Position numbers and translations under genes: made by a program. The notes under the pieces are model-generated. The model had not been told where the DNA came from, ran no database searches, and was given only the letters and a program-made list of their open reading frames with translations. Positions 1 to 9,957 of a DNA stretch of 32,000 bases are shown one piece after another. The DNA is from Candidatus Jettenia caeni. Lineage in GTDB: Bacteria; Planctomycetota; Brocadiia; Brocadiales; Brocadiaceae. Every line of letters starts with the position of its first letter. The first letter of the stretch is position 1. Location: the NCBI GenBank assembly GCA_000296795.1, contig BAFH01000002.1:310686-342685 (forward strand), written 5' to 3'.

Positions 1-18
1 TTCAATAAAGTCTTTCAT
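1..18 (-). CDS. First 6 codons (MKDFIE) of the next operon gene. Its ATG overlaps the methylase stop as ATGA. A BrxHII-type helicase is expected from BREX type 3 synteny, but it cannot be seen in this window.
   Basis: The reverse complement of 1-18 is ATGAAAGACTTTATTGAA. The ATG at 18-16 overlaps the TGA stop at 20-18 of the upstream CDS. The ORF runs off the window edge. Confidence 0.25.
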
Positions 19-2804
19 CAATCTACTCCCATCCTTGTTACCGCCTGGTCATACCACATGAGCAATTTCTGGTCTTCCTGAAGTACATTTTCCGGGATTT
101 TTTTTGATACAGAAATGATGGTTTGATAATCGCGCTCTTGCCATGCCCTTTTAAATCCTGCCCTAACGGCTTCAAGACGAAAACTTTTAAACTTTCGGCC
201 TGTAAAGGTTTTATATTCCTCAAATTCTTTCAACAAGGCTTTTTCGCGTAGTTTTTCGAGGTCTTGTGCCTTGTTTGGATCGGGGACATACCATCGATCA
301 TTTGCCTTATCACGCAATGATGGACCATCCTTGGGAAGATTCCGCAACTCCTTATAATTTGTGGATAAATAGCTGTGTATCTGGCTCGGTACGTCACCCT
401 TGCCATCATAGCAGATAAAATTCTGTTCCAGCAATTCCATAAGTTCTAACGGTTTTTCATATTTCTGCCAGCCACCAATTTCTTTAAGGAATTGTGGATG
501 AATCTCCTGGAAGGTCTGTGGTTTTTTAGTGAGTAGTTGCTTGAGCCATTGGATAGCAGAGGCCTCATCAGTAACGAATAACTGAAGCTGGAGCATTTCT
601 TTTACGGTCATACGCTTTTTATCATACTCCGATATCTGTTCAGACAGGAAGTACATATCATCACGGGATGGGAATCGCTGTTCTAGCCCAGCGTAAAACT
701 CCGCAGCAGAGATAGGTACGATAATCCCTCGCTGGACATGGAAGGCAACCATGCGATCAAAGAGCAGGTAGTTTAGGCGTTCGGCTATTATTTCTGCCAT
801 TCCATCCTTTGGTTTGACAAAGATAGGAAGTTGCCTGAGATGCGTCCTTACAAAATCCCAGACGCCATCCTCGGTACCAGCCTTTAATTTAAATCGTTCT
901 TCAAGACCTCCATTCGGTTTGTAAGCTGAAATAATAAGATCCTGCTTTACAGCAGAAGCTGTAGTCATCTGCTTCATCGTCATCTGTTTCTTGTCAAGCG
1001 TTCGGACATCAGCTACTACAAAACCAGCCTGTTGTAACGCCTCTTGAATAGCATTCCATACACTATTTTTCTTATTGTGAAATTCAACTGTCATCCATCT
1101 ACCCGCCTTCAAGATACGATAATATTCATTAAAGCATCGAGTCATTAATTCTTGATATTCTTGTAACCTCTTCTTTTGTAGTTTGCTCTCAATTGCCTCA
1201 TGTTTGTTATTTGTAAATACTTTGAGCCAAGCTTCCCAAATAAAGTTAAGTTCAGAGTACATTAAATTCCCACCGAAAGGTGGATCAGTAAAAATATAAT
1301 CAATAGAGGATTCATGAACGCCGTTACCCGTGGAGGATTTAGTCTCTATAATAAAGCTAGGTTTGACTGAAGGTAAAAAGAAAACATTTTTTAACCTTTT
1401 TATTTTTCCAGTCAATGAGTAAACTGGACTTACCTCAGCAATAAAAGGTGCAATATAAAGTGTTCCCTTAAGATATCTATTTACTTGTGAAAATGAAGCT
1501 GCCAGATATCGGTTAAGCTTTGTAAATCCTACCCCTACAGACTGAAGCCAATATTTGAGAGTGTTTTGTAAAGATACATGACCTTCTGCAATGCATCTTT
1601 CCGCAAGTGAATAAGCAAACAAAGAACGTTGAATGTAAAAATGATGGACATGTGAAACGCCACTTGAAACCAGTGGTTGCTTGGTATTTTGTCCTTCGGG
1701 AAGGGGTAAAATTGGCATATTAGGTGGCATTGGAAATTGATTAATCTTCTCCAAAAGAAGAAAATCGAAAGCATCTGGTATTTTCTCAAGTTTTTTACCG
1801 CCAAACGAATAATTTATTAATACAGGCACAAGTTTACTTCGCTTCAAAGAATGGCCAAGTAGAATATCCATATATGTTTCAAAAACTCTCTCCCACTTTG
1901 TATAGGAATCTAACGAACCACATCGCTTGCACAATATGTTTTCGGTAATATTTTTCTTATATCTTGTTACAGGATCTACAGCTAATTCCCAATAAGTATT
2001 TTCTTCGTTACATTGATGGCATCGAAGCAGCTCACTCCAAACAACATAATTGATTTTGCCTTTGGTTTTACCATCTGTATGCATGGTTTCGTACATCCAC
2101 CCACAATCTTGTTCCATTTTTTTTAAAACCTGCTTTGCCTCCCGCTCAAACTCCTGAGCATCAACAGGTGTATTATAATTGTAAGCAATAAATGTGGCGG
2201 CTGGTGAAAGGTCATTCAGCACTGCACGTCTTGAGCCAAGTTTAGAGAGTGGTTTGCCTTCTTCATCAAGGATAGTACCATCATCCAACACTTTATATCC
2301 TAAAGATTCAACGACCCTCTTATCCCCGCATAGTTGTGCTGCAACCCCTGTCATCCCCGTACCACAAAAACCATCAAAAACAATATCACCTGGCTCTGTA
2401 TAATGCAGGATATACCGCATAATGGCTTTGTGTGGCACTTTTGTATGGTAAGAGTGGGCGTTGTAAATAGGATCATTCTTTCCTTCGCTAACGTCTGCGG
2501 CAAACGGTTCCCGGCGATAATTATCAGTTTTAGGGTTGTAAGGCTTGCCGTAATGCCTGATAAAGTCATTTATGAAAGGATTTGGGCAGGCAGTATAATA
2601 TGGTGGATCAGAGAGCTTTAGGATATCTTCATCAGTGCCTATGGGGAAACCTTCGATTTTTCTGAACTCGGGGTTTTGCAAATGCTCACGAAGTTTTTCC
2701 GTAAAATACTTTCTCCGTTCCTCATCGTTTGGGAAGGTTAGGCCAAGGCATTCTACCGGGCCTGTTTGTTTGGTGGTTTTATCGTCAATAAGTAGCTTTT
2801 CCAT
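18..2804 (-). CDS. pglXI: Large DNA methyltransferase, PglXI-like (BREX type 3 methylase candidate)
   Basis: 928-aa ORF. SAM-binding motif I context: HTKVPHKAIMRYILHYTEPGDIVFDGFCGTGMTGVAA. Catalytic-type motif IV: IFTDPPFGG. A further N-terminal SDPPYYTACPNPF is present. A CxxC...CxxC zinc ribbon (CHQCNEE...CKRCGS) lies between the motifs. SD (AGAGGGA) upstream of the ATG. Position follows the BrxC-like gene. Confidence 0.75.
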   Translation of the reverse strand: MEKLLIDDKTTKQTGPVECLGLTFPNDEERRKYFTEKLREHLQNPEFRKIEGFPIGTDEDILKLSDPPYYTACPNPFINDFIRHYGKPYNPKTDNYRREPFAADVSEGKNDPIYNAHSYHTKVPHKAIMRYILHYTEPGDIVFDGFCGTGMTGVAAQLCGDKRVVESLGYKVLDDGTILDEEGKPLSKLGSRRAVLNDLSPAATFIAYNYNTPVDAQEFEREAKQVLKKMEQDCGWMYETMHTDGKTKGKINYVVWSELLRCHQCNEENTYWELAVDPVTRYKKNITENILCKRCGSLDSYTKWERVFETYMDILLGHSLKRSKLVPVLINYSFGGKKLEKIPDAFDFLLLEKINQFPMPPNMPILPLPEGQNTKQPLVSSGVSHVHHFYIQRSLFAYSLAERCIAEGHVSLQNTLKYWLQSVGVGFTKLNRYLAASFSQVNRYLKGTLYIAPFIAEVSPVYSLTGKIKRLKNVFFLPSVKPSFIIETKSSTGNGVHESSIDYIFTDPPFGGNLMYSELNFIWEAWLKVFTNNKHEAIESKLQKKRLQEYQELMTRCFNEYYRILKAGRWMTVEFHNKKNSVWNAIQEALQQAGFVVADVRTLDKKQMTMKQMTTASAVKQDLIISAYKPNGGLEERFKLKAGTEDGVWDFVRTHLRQLPIFVKPKDGMAEIIAERLNYLLFDRMVAFHVQRGIIVPISAAEFYAGLEQRFPSRDDMYFLSEQISEYDKKRMTVKEMLQLQLFVTDEASAIQWLKQLLTKKPQTFQEIHPQFLKEIGGWQKYEKPLELMELLEQNFICYDGKGDVPSQIHSYLSTNYKELRNLPKDGPSLRDKANDRWYVPDPNKAQDLEKLREKALLKEFEEYKTFTGRKFKSFRLEAVRAGFKRAWQERDYQTIISVSKKIPENVLQEDQKLLMWYDQAVTRMGVD

Positions 2805-2871
2805 AAAGCTATCCCTCTTTTATTTTTAGTTCCACAAATGAGTACCTATCTCGTCTTGCCTTCAACCTAAC

Positions 2872-3258
2872 TTAAGCAACAGGGAGTATATGAGATTTAA
2901 TAATCAGATCATCTTCTGTAAGTATTTTTACCTCTTTTTTTAGGATATTTTTGTAAACGAGACCGGTTGCAACAATCAGGGCATCATGAATGCTCAGTCC
3001 TGCGGGCATTTCATTTATAACAGACTCATCCACAGGATAAATAACACAATTTTCAGATTCACTAAGATAATCAACAACCTTATCGAAATCTACCTTTATT
3101 CGCTTTTGATGAATAAGATGTTTGATTTCTGCAAGCACAATCGTAGAAAAAATAAAATCATTATCATTATCAACGAGTATTTGATGGTATAGAGGTTTAA
3201 GTCGTTTATTCTTGTCTAAATACCATATAAAGATATGGGTATCCACAATATAAGTCAT
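2872..3258 (-). CDS. vapC: PIN-domain ribonuclease toxin (VapC-like)
   Basis: 128 aa. PIN acidic residues sit in the usual contexts: IVDTH at residue 6, LAEIKH, HDALIVAT, LTEDD. The start overlaps the upstream small ORF stop by 4 nt (ATGA). Confidence 0.8.
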   Translation of the reverse strand: MTYIVDTHIFIWYLDKNKRLKPLYHQILVDNDNDFIFSTIVLAEIKHLIHQKRIKVDFDKVVDYLSESENCVIYPVDESVINEMPAGLSIHDALIVATGLVYKNILKKEVKILTEDDLIIKSHILPVA

Positions 3259-3446
3259 GATTTTTCCTTCAAGGTGTATTCATTTTCTTTAATCTCCTCT
3301 AAAGACAAATCCATCTTGCGCTCAAAAATTCCGTATAAATCTGCTAATCTCTTTCCTTTTTCTTTTCCTGAAATAATCTTGGCCTTTAAAACCTTTAGTT
3401 GCTGTTCAATGCCTTCAATCTGTAGTTTAAGTAATGCATTTTTCAT
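3255..3446 (-). CDS. Cognate small antitoxin of the PIN toxin (63 aa, coiled-coil N-terminus, acidic C-terminus)
   Basis: ATG at 3446 is preceded by GAGGAG. The TTG start at 3518 given in the track is less likely. 4-nt overlap with the PIN gene. Size and position are typical of VapB-type partners. Confidence 0.6.
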   Translation of the reverse strand: MKNALLKLQIEGIEQQLKVLKAKIISGKEKGKRLADLYGIFERKMDLSLEEIKENEYTLKEKS

Positions 3447-3592
3447 TGTATAAATCTCCTCGTTATGCTTTTCGTATGGTAATCTATCACGTTTAAGTAT
3501 TGCCTTGCTTGTTCCCAAACTTTTAACGACACTAAATCTTATCTGAGTACTCGATTGTTAGTATTGCCATAGTATTTTGCCCCCCAATTATT

Positions 3593-3613
3593 GAGCTGGC
3601 TGGAAGCCAGCTC
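3593..3613. other. Perfect GC-rich hairpin: GAGCTGGC, loop TGGAA, GCCAGCTC
   Basis: 8-bp perfect stem read directly. It lies in the 126-nt gap between the BrnA-like gene and the PIN antitoxin gene. No T-run follows on either strand. Confidence 0.4.
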
Positions 3614-3644
3614 CACTGATAGTTTTCCAACCCGAAATCGGATA

Positions 3645-3848
3645 TTATTTCTCTATTTCCTTTAATATCTCCATCTCTTTACGCAATATGTTATTGATTA
3701 CTTTATCAAGTTTAACATTTTTGCCTAATGCCTTCTTCATAAAAAATTCTTTGACTTTTTTGTCTAAATATATAGGTATTTCCAATTTCTCGATAGGTCT
3801 GTAAAACTTGCCTTGTTCTGCCTTTGAAAAATCATATTCCTTTCGCAT
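3645..3848 (-). CDS. BrnA-like / CopG-like antitoxin-family small protein, without a partner toxin
   Basis: 67 aa. The N-terminus MRKEYDFSKAEQGKFY followed by IPIYLDKKVKEFF and a C-terminal INNILRKE matches the MKKEYDFSKxKRG...I(T)IRLD...LINxxLR pattern of BrnA-type antitoxins. Strong SD (GGAAAGGAAAA). Confidence 0.55.
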   Translation of the reverse strand: MRKEYDFSKAEQGKFYRPIEKLEIPIYLDKKVKEFFMKKALGKNVKLDKVINNILRKEMEILKEIEK

Positions 3849-3883
3849 TATTTTCCTTTCCTATCTAAATATTGTTTTATTTC

Positions 3884-6800
3884 TTATTCTATAACAATCC
3901 TTACCTTATTAGCCTCATTGCCTTTAGTTAAACTGGCTATATAATCCTCAAAGCGTCTTTCTATCTCTTCAATAGTAACCGGAGAACCGCCTGAAACAAG
4001 CACATTCCGTAAATCTTCCATTTTTACCACTATCCTTGTAAGACCGGAAAGGATTTCATTAAGTGTATCGATAAACTCATGGGTAATCTTGTCAGGCAAC
4101 TGCCGGTTTTTTAAAAAATTATCAACCAGCTTTCGCTGCGTTGATTTTATCAGTGACAAATTCTCCTGGATTGTTGGATCTTCAAGATTTGCCAGTAAGG
4201 TTTGTGTCCACTCATCAACGATGTTATCGAGTTCCCTATCCATATTTGACAGAATTGCCTTTACGTCAAGAGGATTAGGTTCTGTCGAAGGCCGAAACTC
4301 GCAATGTGGACATGTTGGTGTAAACTCAATTTCCTTTTCTATAAGGGTAATGCATGTCTTTAATCCTGCAAGACGGTTTTGAAAGTTTATGAGTTGCTGT
4401 CTGTTCATCAGGTTAATAGTGGCAATATTCTGGAGATTTTCAAGTTTTTTATTACACAATAATTCAGCTTTACGTTTATCTTCATGAGCGCCTAACCGGG
4501 CCCTGGCATGAAGTGTGATATAATCTCTCTTGTAAATCTTTTTGAGTTCCAGAAATTCCTGCATGATTTGTTGCCTTACCTGTATTGGATTTTGTTTGAA
4601 TTGATTTATTATTTGTGAAAAAACAGATTCACGGTATGTCCTCATTCTTGTTACCACTTGATGTGTGTCAGGCAAAACAGTCTCGGCAGATGACAGATAT
4701 GAAGCCATTGGGCCAAATTCAGCCACCAGATCCTGTAATTTCTTTAATTCGAGGAGTGTTTGGATTCCCACGTGCTGTGCTTTTATCTCGTTTACATCAT
4801 AACGAAAATTCTTCATTTTGCCCGGAGAATTATATGCCTGAATGGACTCAAGGAATGTCTTTATCGAATTCAGGTGGGATGTATATGCTTCTTTTTGCGA
4901 TTCTGTCAATACGGGTTTCCCCCAGAAGATCATGCCTCCGTGAAGGTTTTGTAAAGCAATAACAAGATTTTCGATGGTTGTTGAGACAACACGCTGGAGT
5001 TCCTGAACGGGTTCTTCCTTACCCTGCGTAATGAGTTGTGCCATACCGGGGGTAAGTCCAAGGAGTTCGAAGAGTGCTTTGAGAGACGGAATGTTCCATT
5101 CCTTAGGCCTTTCAATATGCTTAAAATTGACAAGGTCTTCTAATGGTGTGGCAATAAGTTGGTTCAGATTACTTGCATCATACTTTTTGCCGGGTATTGA
5201 AAGCACAATATCGCCAGAATAAACAAGTGCAGCCAGGAGGACAATAACCCACTCCGGTTCGAGCCGGAATCTATCCGGTACCATGTATTCAACATCATGT
5301 TCTTTTTTAAATACCTCTCCTCTATTCAATACCTGTCCTTGTCCCCTCTGACCAAGAACCTCCCGGATAAAATTCACATATTTAGATTTATAAGGATCCA
5401 GCTTTTCGCCATCAAGAAGGCCTAATGCATCAAGCGCAGCAGTACCCTGCCTAGTTTTTGCCCCACCGGCAATCCACTTCAATGCATCCGTAGCAGCCTG
5501 AGCACGGTTGCTGCCAGTAATTAAAATGGAAAAGAATGGATATTCGGGCGACTGATCAGCAAAATGCTTTTCAAGACAAAACCCTGCAACGGCATTAATA
5601 ATATCCCTGAAATTATTACCTCCATCCGTGCCTTTCTTTGGGGGCAGACCTTTTGCCCACTCAAGGAGTTGTTTTGTTCGCCCCTGATAGGTTATTTCAA
5701 AGGCCGTTGTTATATGTTCCTGAAGCCATTTCACAACGTTGTCAAGAAAGCCCTTGGCCTTTGATTCATAAATTGTTTTGGATTGTCCTGAAGAAATGGA
5801 AGAAAGGTCGAGGCTTGCAGCATAACTGCGGAGATTCTCACGGAAGGTCTCGTCTATTCCAGTGAGTTTAAAGAACACCTCGTCTGATTTCTTCTCGTCT
5901 TTGTATCGTGGCGGATCGTTAGGCTGGAGGAAGTAAAGATAAAAGTCACGTTGTGGTACAGCAGTAGACCTCTCATTCGATGCCCCAAAGAAAAGATAAC
6001 CCGTACGCATCACTTTGCGTTCACGCCATTCCAGTTCGTATTGCCAAATGCGGTATCCAGTAACGTACGTGTAGTCAGTACATTCCATTACCCTTTTAAG
6101 GGCTTCGTAATAATAGCGGTCAAGCGTTTGTGAATCGAGACTCTCTGCACGCCGTATAATCTGGGCATCGTAGTCAACGGTTTTTTTGACATCCAGATAA
6201 AATTGTCCACCAGGGCGCCCCATCTCATCTCGTTCGGTCGCAGAGATGAATTGGCCGTTGACCGTCTTACTAATCAATCTTAATGCAGTTTCTACTTCAC
6301 CACGTAAATCATCTGCTGCATCACCTCCTAATTCAACTACAATAGGGTCAAAAAGACCAAGGGCATCCCTTAATCCTTCTGCATTAAGACCAACGGGGGA
6401 TTCAATATCACCTACTGCCAATCGGTAAACACTAAGACCTTGAATAATTCTCAGCGCAAATTCTTTATTTTTACCACGAGGATAGCCCGTATTCACCAAA
6501 TTTTCCAGTTTGGCGCTGCATTCCAGTACCTCACGTACTTCAGGTATTGTACGGAAGGATGCATTTTCCTTTAACATATTCCAATAACTATCATAAGAAA
6601 TCAAGCCAAGCCTGTCTTCAGGAACATCCATATTAAGAATTTGCTTCATTAACAAAGAAAAGGTTTTCAGAATCTCACGTTTTTCCACGGCCTTTATCCG
6701 TTCAAAAATATCAATGTAATCAGGGTGAATGGGAAATAAACGGACAAATTCATCCATACGTTCGTTCATGTTGGTATAAAATTTTGCATAAGGGATAAGG

Positions 6801-7618
6801 TATTCACGTATCTTTGCATGCTGATCTGCCGTCTTCTGGAGTAACCGTTCTGAGACTACATATTTAACATCATGACGGGCAATAAGGATTTGTTCAAAGC
6901 GGTCCTTGACCCGTTTGATGACTTCGGCTACAAAGGAAAAACGCGGATTGTCAAATATCGACTCCTGCACACCAGCAATAAAACGGAATTTTAAATGCTT
7001 ACAGACCTCCCCAATCTCCCGTAAAAAGTTCAGGTCAAGGATAAGATCGTGATCACGGCGGGAACGCAGATAGTCAAGAAATTCATCAACCACCATAAGA
7101 AGACCATGGTCTGGATACTTCTGATGAAAAGTGGACATCATCTCTTCGAATGCGTCTTTATGATTCGATATTTTATCCCGTGGCGGGAATTTATAATCAA
7201 TTTTCCATGCCGAGAGGCTCTCTTCTAGCTGTGAGCATATAATTTCCCGAAAATCCATGGTCGTAGAACCAAGCTCTGCACGTAACACTTTAAATTTACC
7301 GGCGATTATAGAAGCTGCATTACTTACTTGTGGATTTTTAAGAAAAGAGACGAGATGGGCATGTTCAGCAATTGCAGAAACAACCGACATTAAATGTGAT
7401 TTTCCTGTACCATAATTCCCAACCACGAGAATGCCCTTGTTGTCCAATGGCTGTTCAAACTGAAGCTGGGGAAAAACAATACTTTCAAGCTTTTCAGCCA
7501 TTTCATGAGAAATAACAAAGGTAGAAATGAGCTTTTTTGCTTCTTCGAGTTTATCTGTGTCACGAAGCTGGATGGTCGTCTCAATAGGCTCGAAATGTAT
7601 CAGTTCAGAATATTTCAT
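3884..7618 (-). CDS. brxC: BREX P-loop ATPase, BrxC/PglY-like (large ATP-binding protein)
   Basis: 1244 aa. Walker A: [11 protein letters not shown]. Walker B: LLMVVDEF. Conserved-looking N-terminus: [15 protein letters not shown]-terminal CPHC element. SD before the ATG. Located 13 nt downstream of the BrxF-like gene. Confidence 0.8.
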   Translation of the reverse strand: MKYSELIHFEPIETTIQLRDTDKLEEAKKLISTFVISHEMAEKLESIVFPQLQFEQPLDNKGILVVGNYGTGKSHLMSVVSAIAEHAHLVSFLKNPQVSNAASIIAGKFKVLRAELGSTTMDFREIICSQLEESLSAWKIDYKFPPRDKISNHKDAFEEMMSTFHQKYPDHGLLMVVDEFLDYLRSRRDHDLILDLNFLREIGEVCKHLKFRFIAGVQESIFDNPRFSFVAEVIKRVKDRFEQILIARHDVKYVVSERLLQKTADQHAKIREYLIPYAKFYTNMNERMDEFVRLFPIHPDYIDIFERIKAVEKREILKTFSLLMKQILNMDVPEDRLGLISYDSYWNMLKENASFRTIPEVREVLECSAKLENLVNTGYPRGKNKEFALRIIQGLSVYRLAVGDIESPVGLNAEGLRDALGLFDPIVVELGGDAADDLRGEVETALRLISKTVNGQFISATERDEMGRPGGQFYLDVKKTVDYDAQIIRRAESLDSQTLDRYYYEALKRVMECTDYTYVTGYRIWQYELEWRERKVMRTGYLFFGASNERSTAVPQRDFYLYFLQPNDPPRYKDEKKSDEVFFKLTGIDETFRENLRSYAASLDLSSISSGQSKTIYESKAKGFLDNVVKWLQEHITTAFEITYQGRTKQLLEWAKGLPPKKGTDGGNNFRDIINAVAGFCLEKHFADQSPEYPFFSILITGSNRAQAATDALKWIAGGAKTRQGTAALDALGLLDGEKLDPYKSKYVNFIREVLGQRGQGQVLNRGEVFKKEHDVEYMVPDRFRLEPEWVIVLLAALVYSGDIVLSIPGKKYDASNLNQLIATPLEDLVNFKHIERPKEWNIPSLKALFELLGLTPGMAQLITQGKEEPVQELQRVVSTTIENLVIALQNLHGGMIFWGKPVLTESQKEAYTSHLNSIKTFLESIQAYNSPGKMKNFRYDVNEIKAQHVGIQTLLELKKLQDLVAEFGPMASYLSSAETVLPDTHQVVTRMRTYRESVFSQIINQFKQNPIQVRQQIMQEFLELKKIYKRDYITLHARARLGAHEDKRKAELLCNKKLENLQNIATINLMNRQQLINFQNRLAGLKTCITLIEKEIEFTPTCPHCEFRPSTEPNPLDVKAILSNMDRELDNIVDEWTQTLLANLEDPTIQENLSLIKSTQRKLVDNFLKNRQLPDKITHEFIDTLNEILSGLTRIVVKMEDLRNVLVSGGSPVTIEEIERRFEDYIASLTKGNEANKVRIVIE

Positions 7619-7631
7619 ACCTCTCTTTCCC

Positions 7632-8129
7632 TCATATCTTATTTGAAATAGGTAAGTAGTCTTCTTCCGGACTTACTACAAGAAAGTCTTTTACGGGATA
7701 ACGTCTGTACTCCGGGTGATTTGGTTCTGCATATATCAGATAACCATTCTCAATTTTACCATTCCAGGAGGCAGCAATAGTTTTATTACGAGAAATCCCC
7801 TGAAGAAGCCGAAGTGGATCCAGTTTGAGTGATACGTCAAAGAGGAGTTCTGTATTGTCCAGCAATATAACTCTTTCGTTATGTTTTTCAATAATATCTC
7901 TTAAGATTGTTGATGCATGAATTGCCCGCTGCTTTTCGGTAAGGTCCAGCAGGCATCGGGAAAGCTCAATATTAACATTCAGTAAAGGCAATGCTAATCG
8001 TTTGCGGACCTCTTGTAAGGCTAATGTTTTACCCTTACCTGACGGAGCTACTACCAAAATCAGCCTGTAATAAAGCCCGGTTACCTGCTCTATCCCTTTT
8101 ATGATTTGTTCTGACAAAGGTTCCGGCAT
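7632..8129 (-). CDS. brxF: Small P-loop protein, BrxF-like (BREX type 3 marker)
   Basis: 165 aa. Walker A: VAPSGKGKT. Walker B-like: VILLDN. First gene of the operon, directly upstream of the BrxC-like gene. Confidence 0.65.
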   Translation of the reverse strand: MPEPLSEQIIKGIEQVTGLYYRLILVVAPSGKGKTLALQEVRKRLALPLLNVNIELSRCLLDLTEKQRAIHASTILRDIIEKHNERVILLDNTELLFDVSLKLDPLRLLQGISRNKTIAASWNGKIENGYLIYAEPNHPEYRRYPVKDFLVVSPEEDYLPISNKI

Positions 8130-8771
8130 ATTATGGGATGTAGTGAATTTTTATTTGAAAAGGATTTTGATCTTTCCCGATTTTATCAAATATAAACAAC
8201 GAATTGAATGGATTTTTGAAGCATTTTAACACTAAGGGAAAACATAAGCAATATTTTAAGTAGAGAATCCAGGTTATTTTCTGTGCAACCTTTTCATGCA
8301 AGGAATCATGGAAATGTTTTGGAAACGTACTTGTATACTGTTATTTTTTATGAGAGTCGTTACCATGGGGATGTGAACACATTCTTATATTGCCCTACAT
8401 AATTCTATTAATATTCCAAGATCAAGAGATGTAAAAATCAAAGGTTATGTTGATCCCCCTCAAGACATCAACGAGTCAATTGAGGATAAGTATAATACAG
8501 GTTTTCATTTACTACTATATTACTACCATAGTTGTTTTTATGTGTTTTTAGTCAGGATTTTTCATATTTATTCCCTTTCTGCCTTGCTTAATGCCTCTTT
8601 AATCCCGGGCCATCCCAATACTAATAAACGATCCTGTATTTTTATTGCTCTCTCTATTAACTTCAGATCATCTTCACCGTCGGCCCATTTGAGCAATTGT
8701 ATTGAGGCCGTAACCAAACTTTCTACTTTCCACATGCGTATAGGGGCTTTATCTGAAGTATTGTTTAAATA

Positions 8772-8807
8772 TTTTTCGGGTCTTCTAAGTTTTATGTGGG
8801 TAAATTT
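8772..8807. repeat. Left terminal inverted repeat of the ISL3 element
   Basis: TTTTTCGGGTCTTCTAAGTTTTATGTGGGTAAATTT matches the reverse complement of 9921-9957 with one indel and one mismatch. Confidence 0.75.
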
Positions 8808-8918
8808 CCATAATAGTTCTTTCTCAACACCATAAGAAATAAGGGTTTTCGGGAAAAACAGGACTCCAAAAAGTTGTCACGAGTAGGTATACTATTCTGA
8901 CAACAGAAAGGGGTGTTC

Positions 8919-9920
8919 ATGAAAACCTGTAAAACCTTATCAGAATTATATTCCCATCATGGATTTCGAGCGCGAAGTAAATTAACCGGCGTTTATGGTG
9001 ATCCCTATGCAAGAATAATAAAACTCGAACGCCGTCAAAAAAAACGGTTTGCTCTGTATGTCATACGATGTCAAAGACCTTTTACGATAGCGAAACCAAA
9101 CGGGCAAGAGATCTTTCCAGTGGTTCATTCAGAATCTCCGTTGAATTTGAATACCGCCGTGTATTTTGCAAAAAGTGTAACGCCGTGAAAGTAGAGACAT
9201 TATCATGGCTTGCCTCGAATATTCGTTATACCAAGCGATACGAACGATATATTGGTAGACTCTGTCGAGAACTCACGATCAAGCGAGTGGTTGAACTGGA
9301 ACGGCTTAGCTGGTATCAAGTCAGGCAAATAGAAATAAACTATATGCACGAGCTTGTTGGTCGTTTGGGTAAAATTACCAGGCTCAGAGCCGTAGGAATA
9401 GATGAAATTTCTATTCGTAAGGGACACACGTATATGATCTGCGTTAGTGATTTAGACAAAGGACGTCCCATATGGGTAGGCGGAGAAGGCCGTAGAGAAG
9501 AAGACCTGGACTTGTTTTATACTATGCTTTCTGATAGTCAGAAGAAAAACATTTCCGTAGTCGTCATGGACATGTGGAAGCCCTTTCGGAAGTCAACTCT
9601 GAAGTATATTCCTCATGTTGAAAGAATTATTCGGTAATCTCTGGGATTACAAAAGTGCTATCAACACCGAACGATTCTTTACCAACTGGAAATCCCAGCT
9701 TCGATGGTCAAGGCTTAAACCATTTCACCAATTTGTAAAAATGATTGAACGGCACTGGGACAATATTGTTAGCTATTGTAATCCTGACAATAAAATCTCT
9801 CTTGGATTAGTCGAAGGTATAAATAACAAAGTCCGTGTCATTCAACGACGGGCTTATGGTATTAAAGATCGAGACTATTTAAAACCGAAAATATTAACTG
9901 CATTTTTACCAGAATTATGA
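8919..9920 (+). pseudogene. ISL3-family transposase, split over three frames and internally deleted
   Basis: Three overlapping ORFs (8913-9188, 9068-9637, 9615-9920) alternate in frame. Together they give about 340 aa of an ISL3 transposase. Typical length from memory is about 400-440 aa. The segment between KYIPH and the C-terminal GLVEGINNKVRVIQRRAYG block is missing. Confidence 0.8.
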
Positions 9921-9957
9921 AAATTTACCCACACAAAACTTAGAAGACCCCGAAAAA
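9921..9957. repeat. Right terminal inverted repeat of the ISL3 element
   Basis: AAATTTACCCACACAAAACTTAGAAGACCCCGAAAAA. It abuts the transposase stop codon at 9918-9920. Confidence 0.75.

Larger units (their letters stand above)
8772..9957 (+). mobile_element. Decayed ISL3-family insertion sequence (about 1.19 kb)
   Basis: Terminal inverted repeats of 36/37 nt flank a transposase reading frame with ISL3 hallmarks (zinc-finger region RRVFCKKCNAVKVETLSWL, then GIDEISIRKGHTYM). No target-site duplication found. Confidence 0.8.

Noticed and set aside
38-8129. Numerous 60-115-aa ORFs in the track on either strand within the BREX genes (for example 38-223, 1535-1804, 2194-2621, 4089-4382, 4615-4962, 5031-6428, 7390-7584)
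   Set aside because: All are nested in or antisense to long ORFs with clear motifs. They have low-complexity or odd composition and no SD. They are shadow ORFs.
8542-8835. 97-aa plus-strand ORF
   Set aside because: It runs across the IS left inverted repeat, has no recognisable motif and lies antisense to a more coherent minus-strand frame. Likely spurious.
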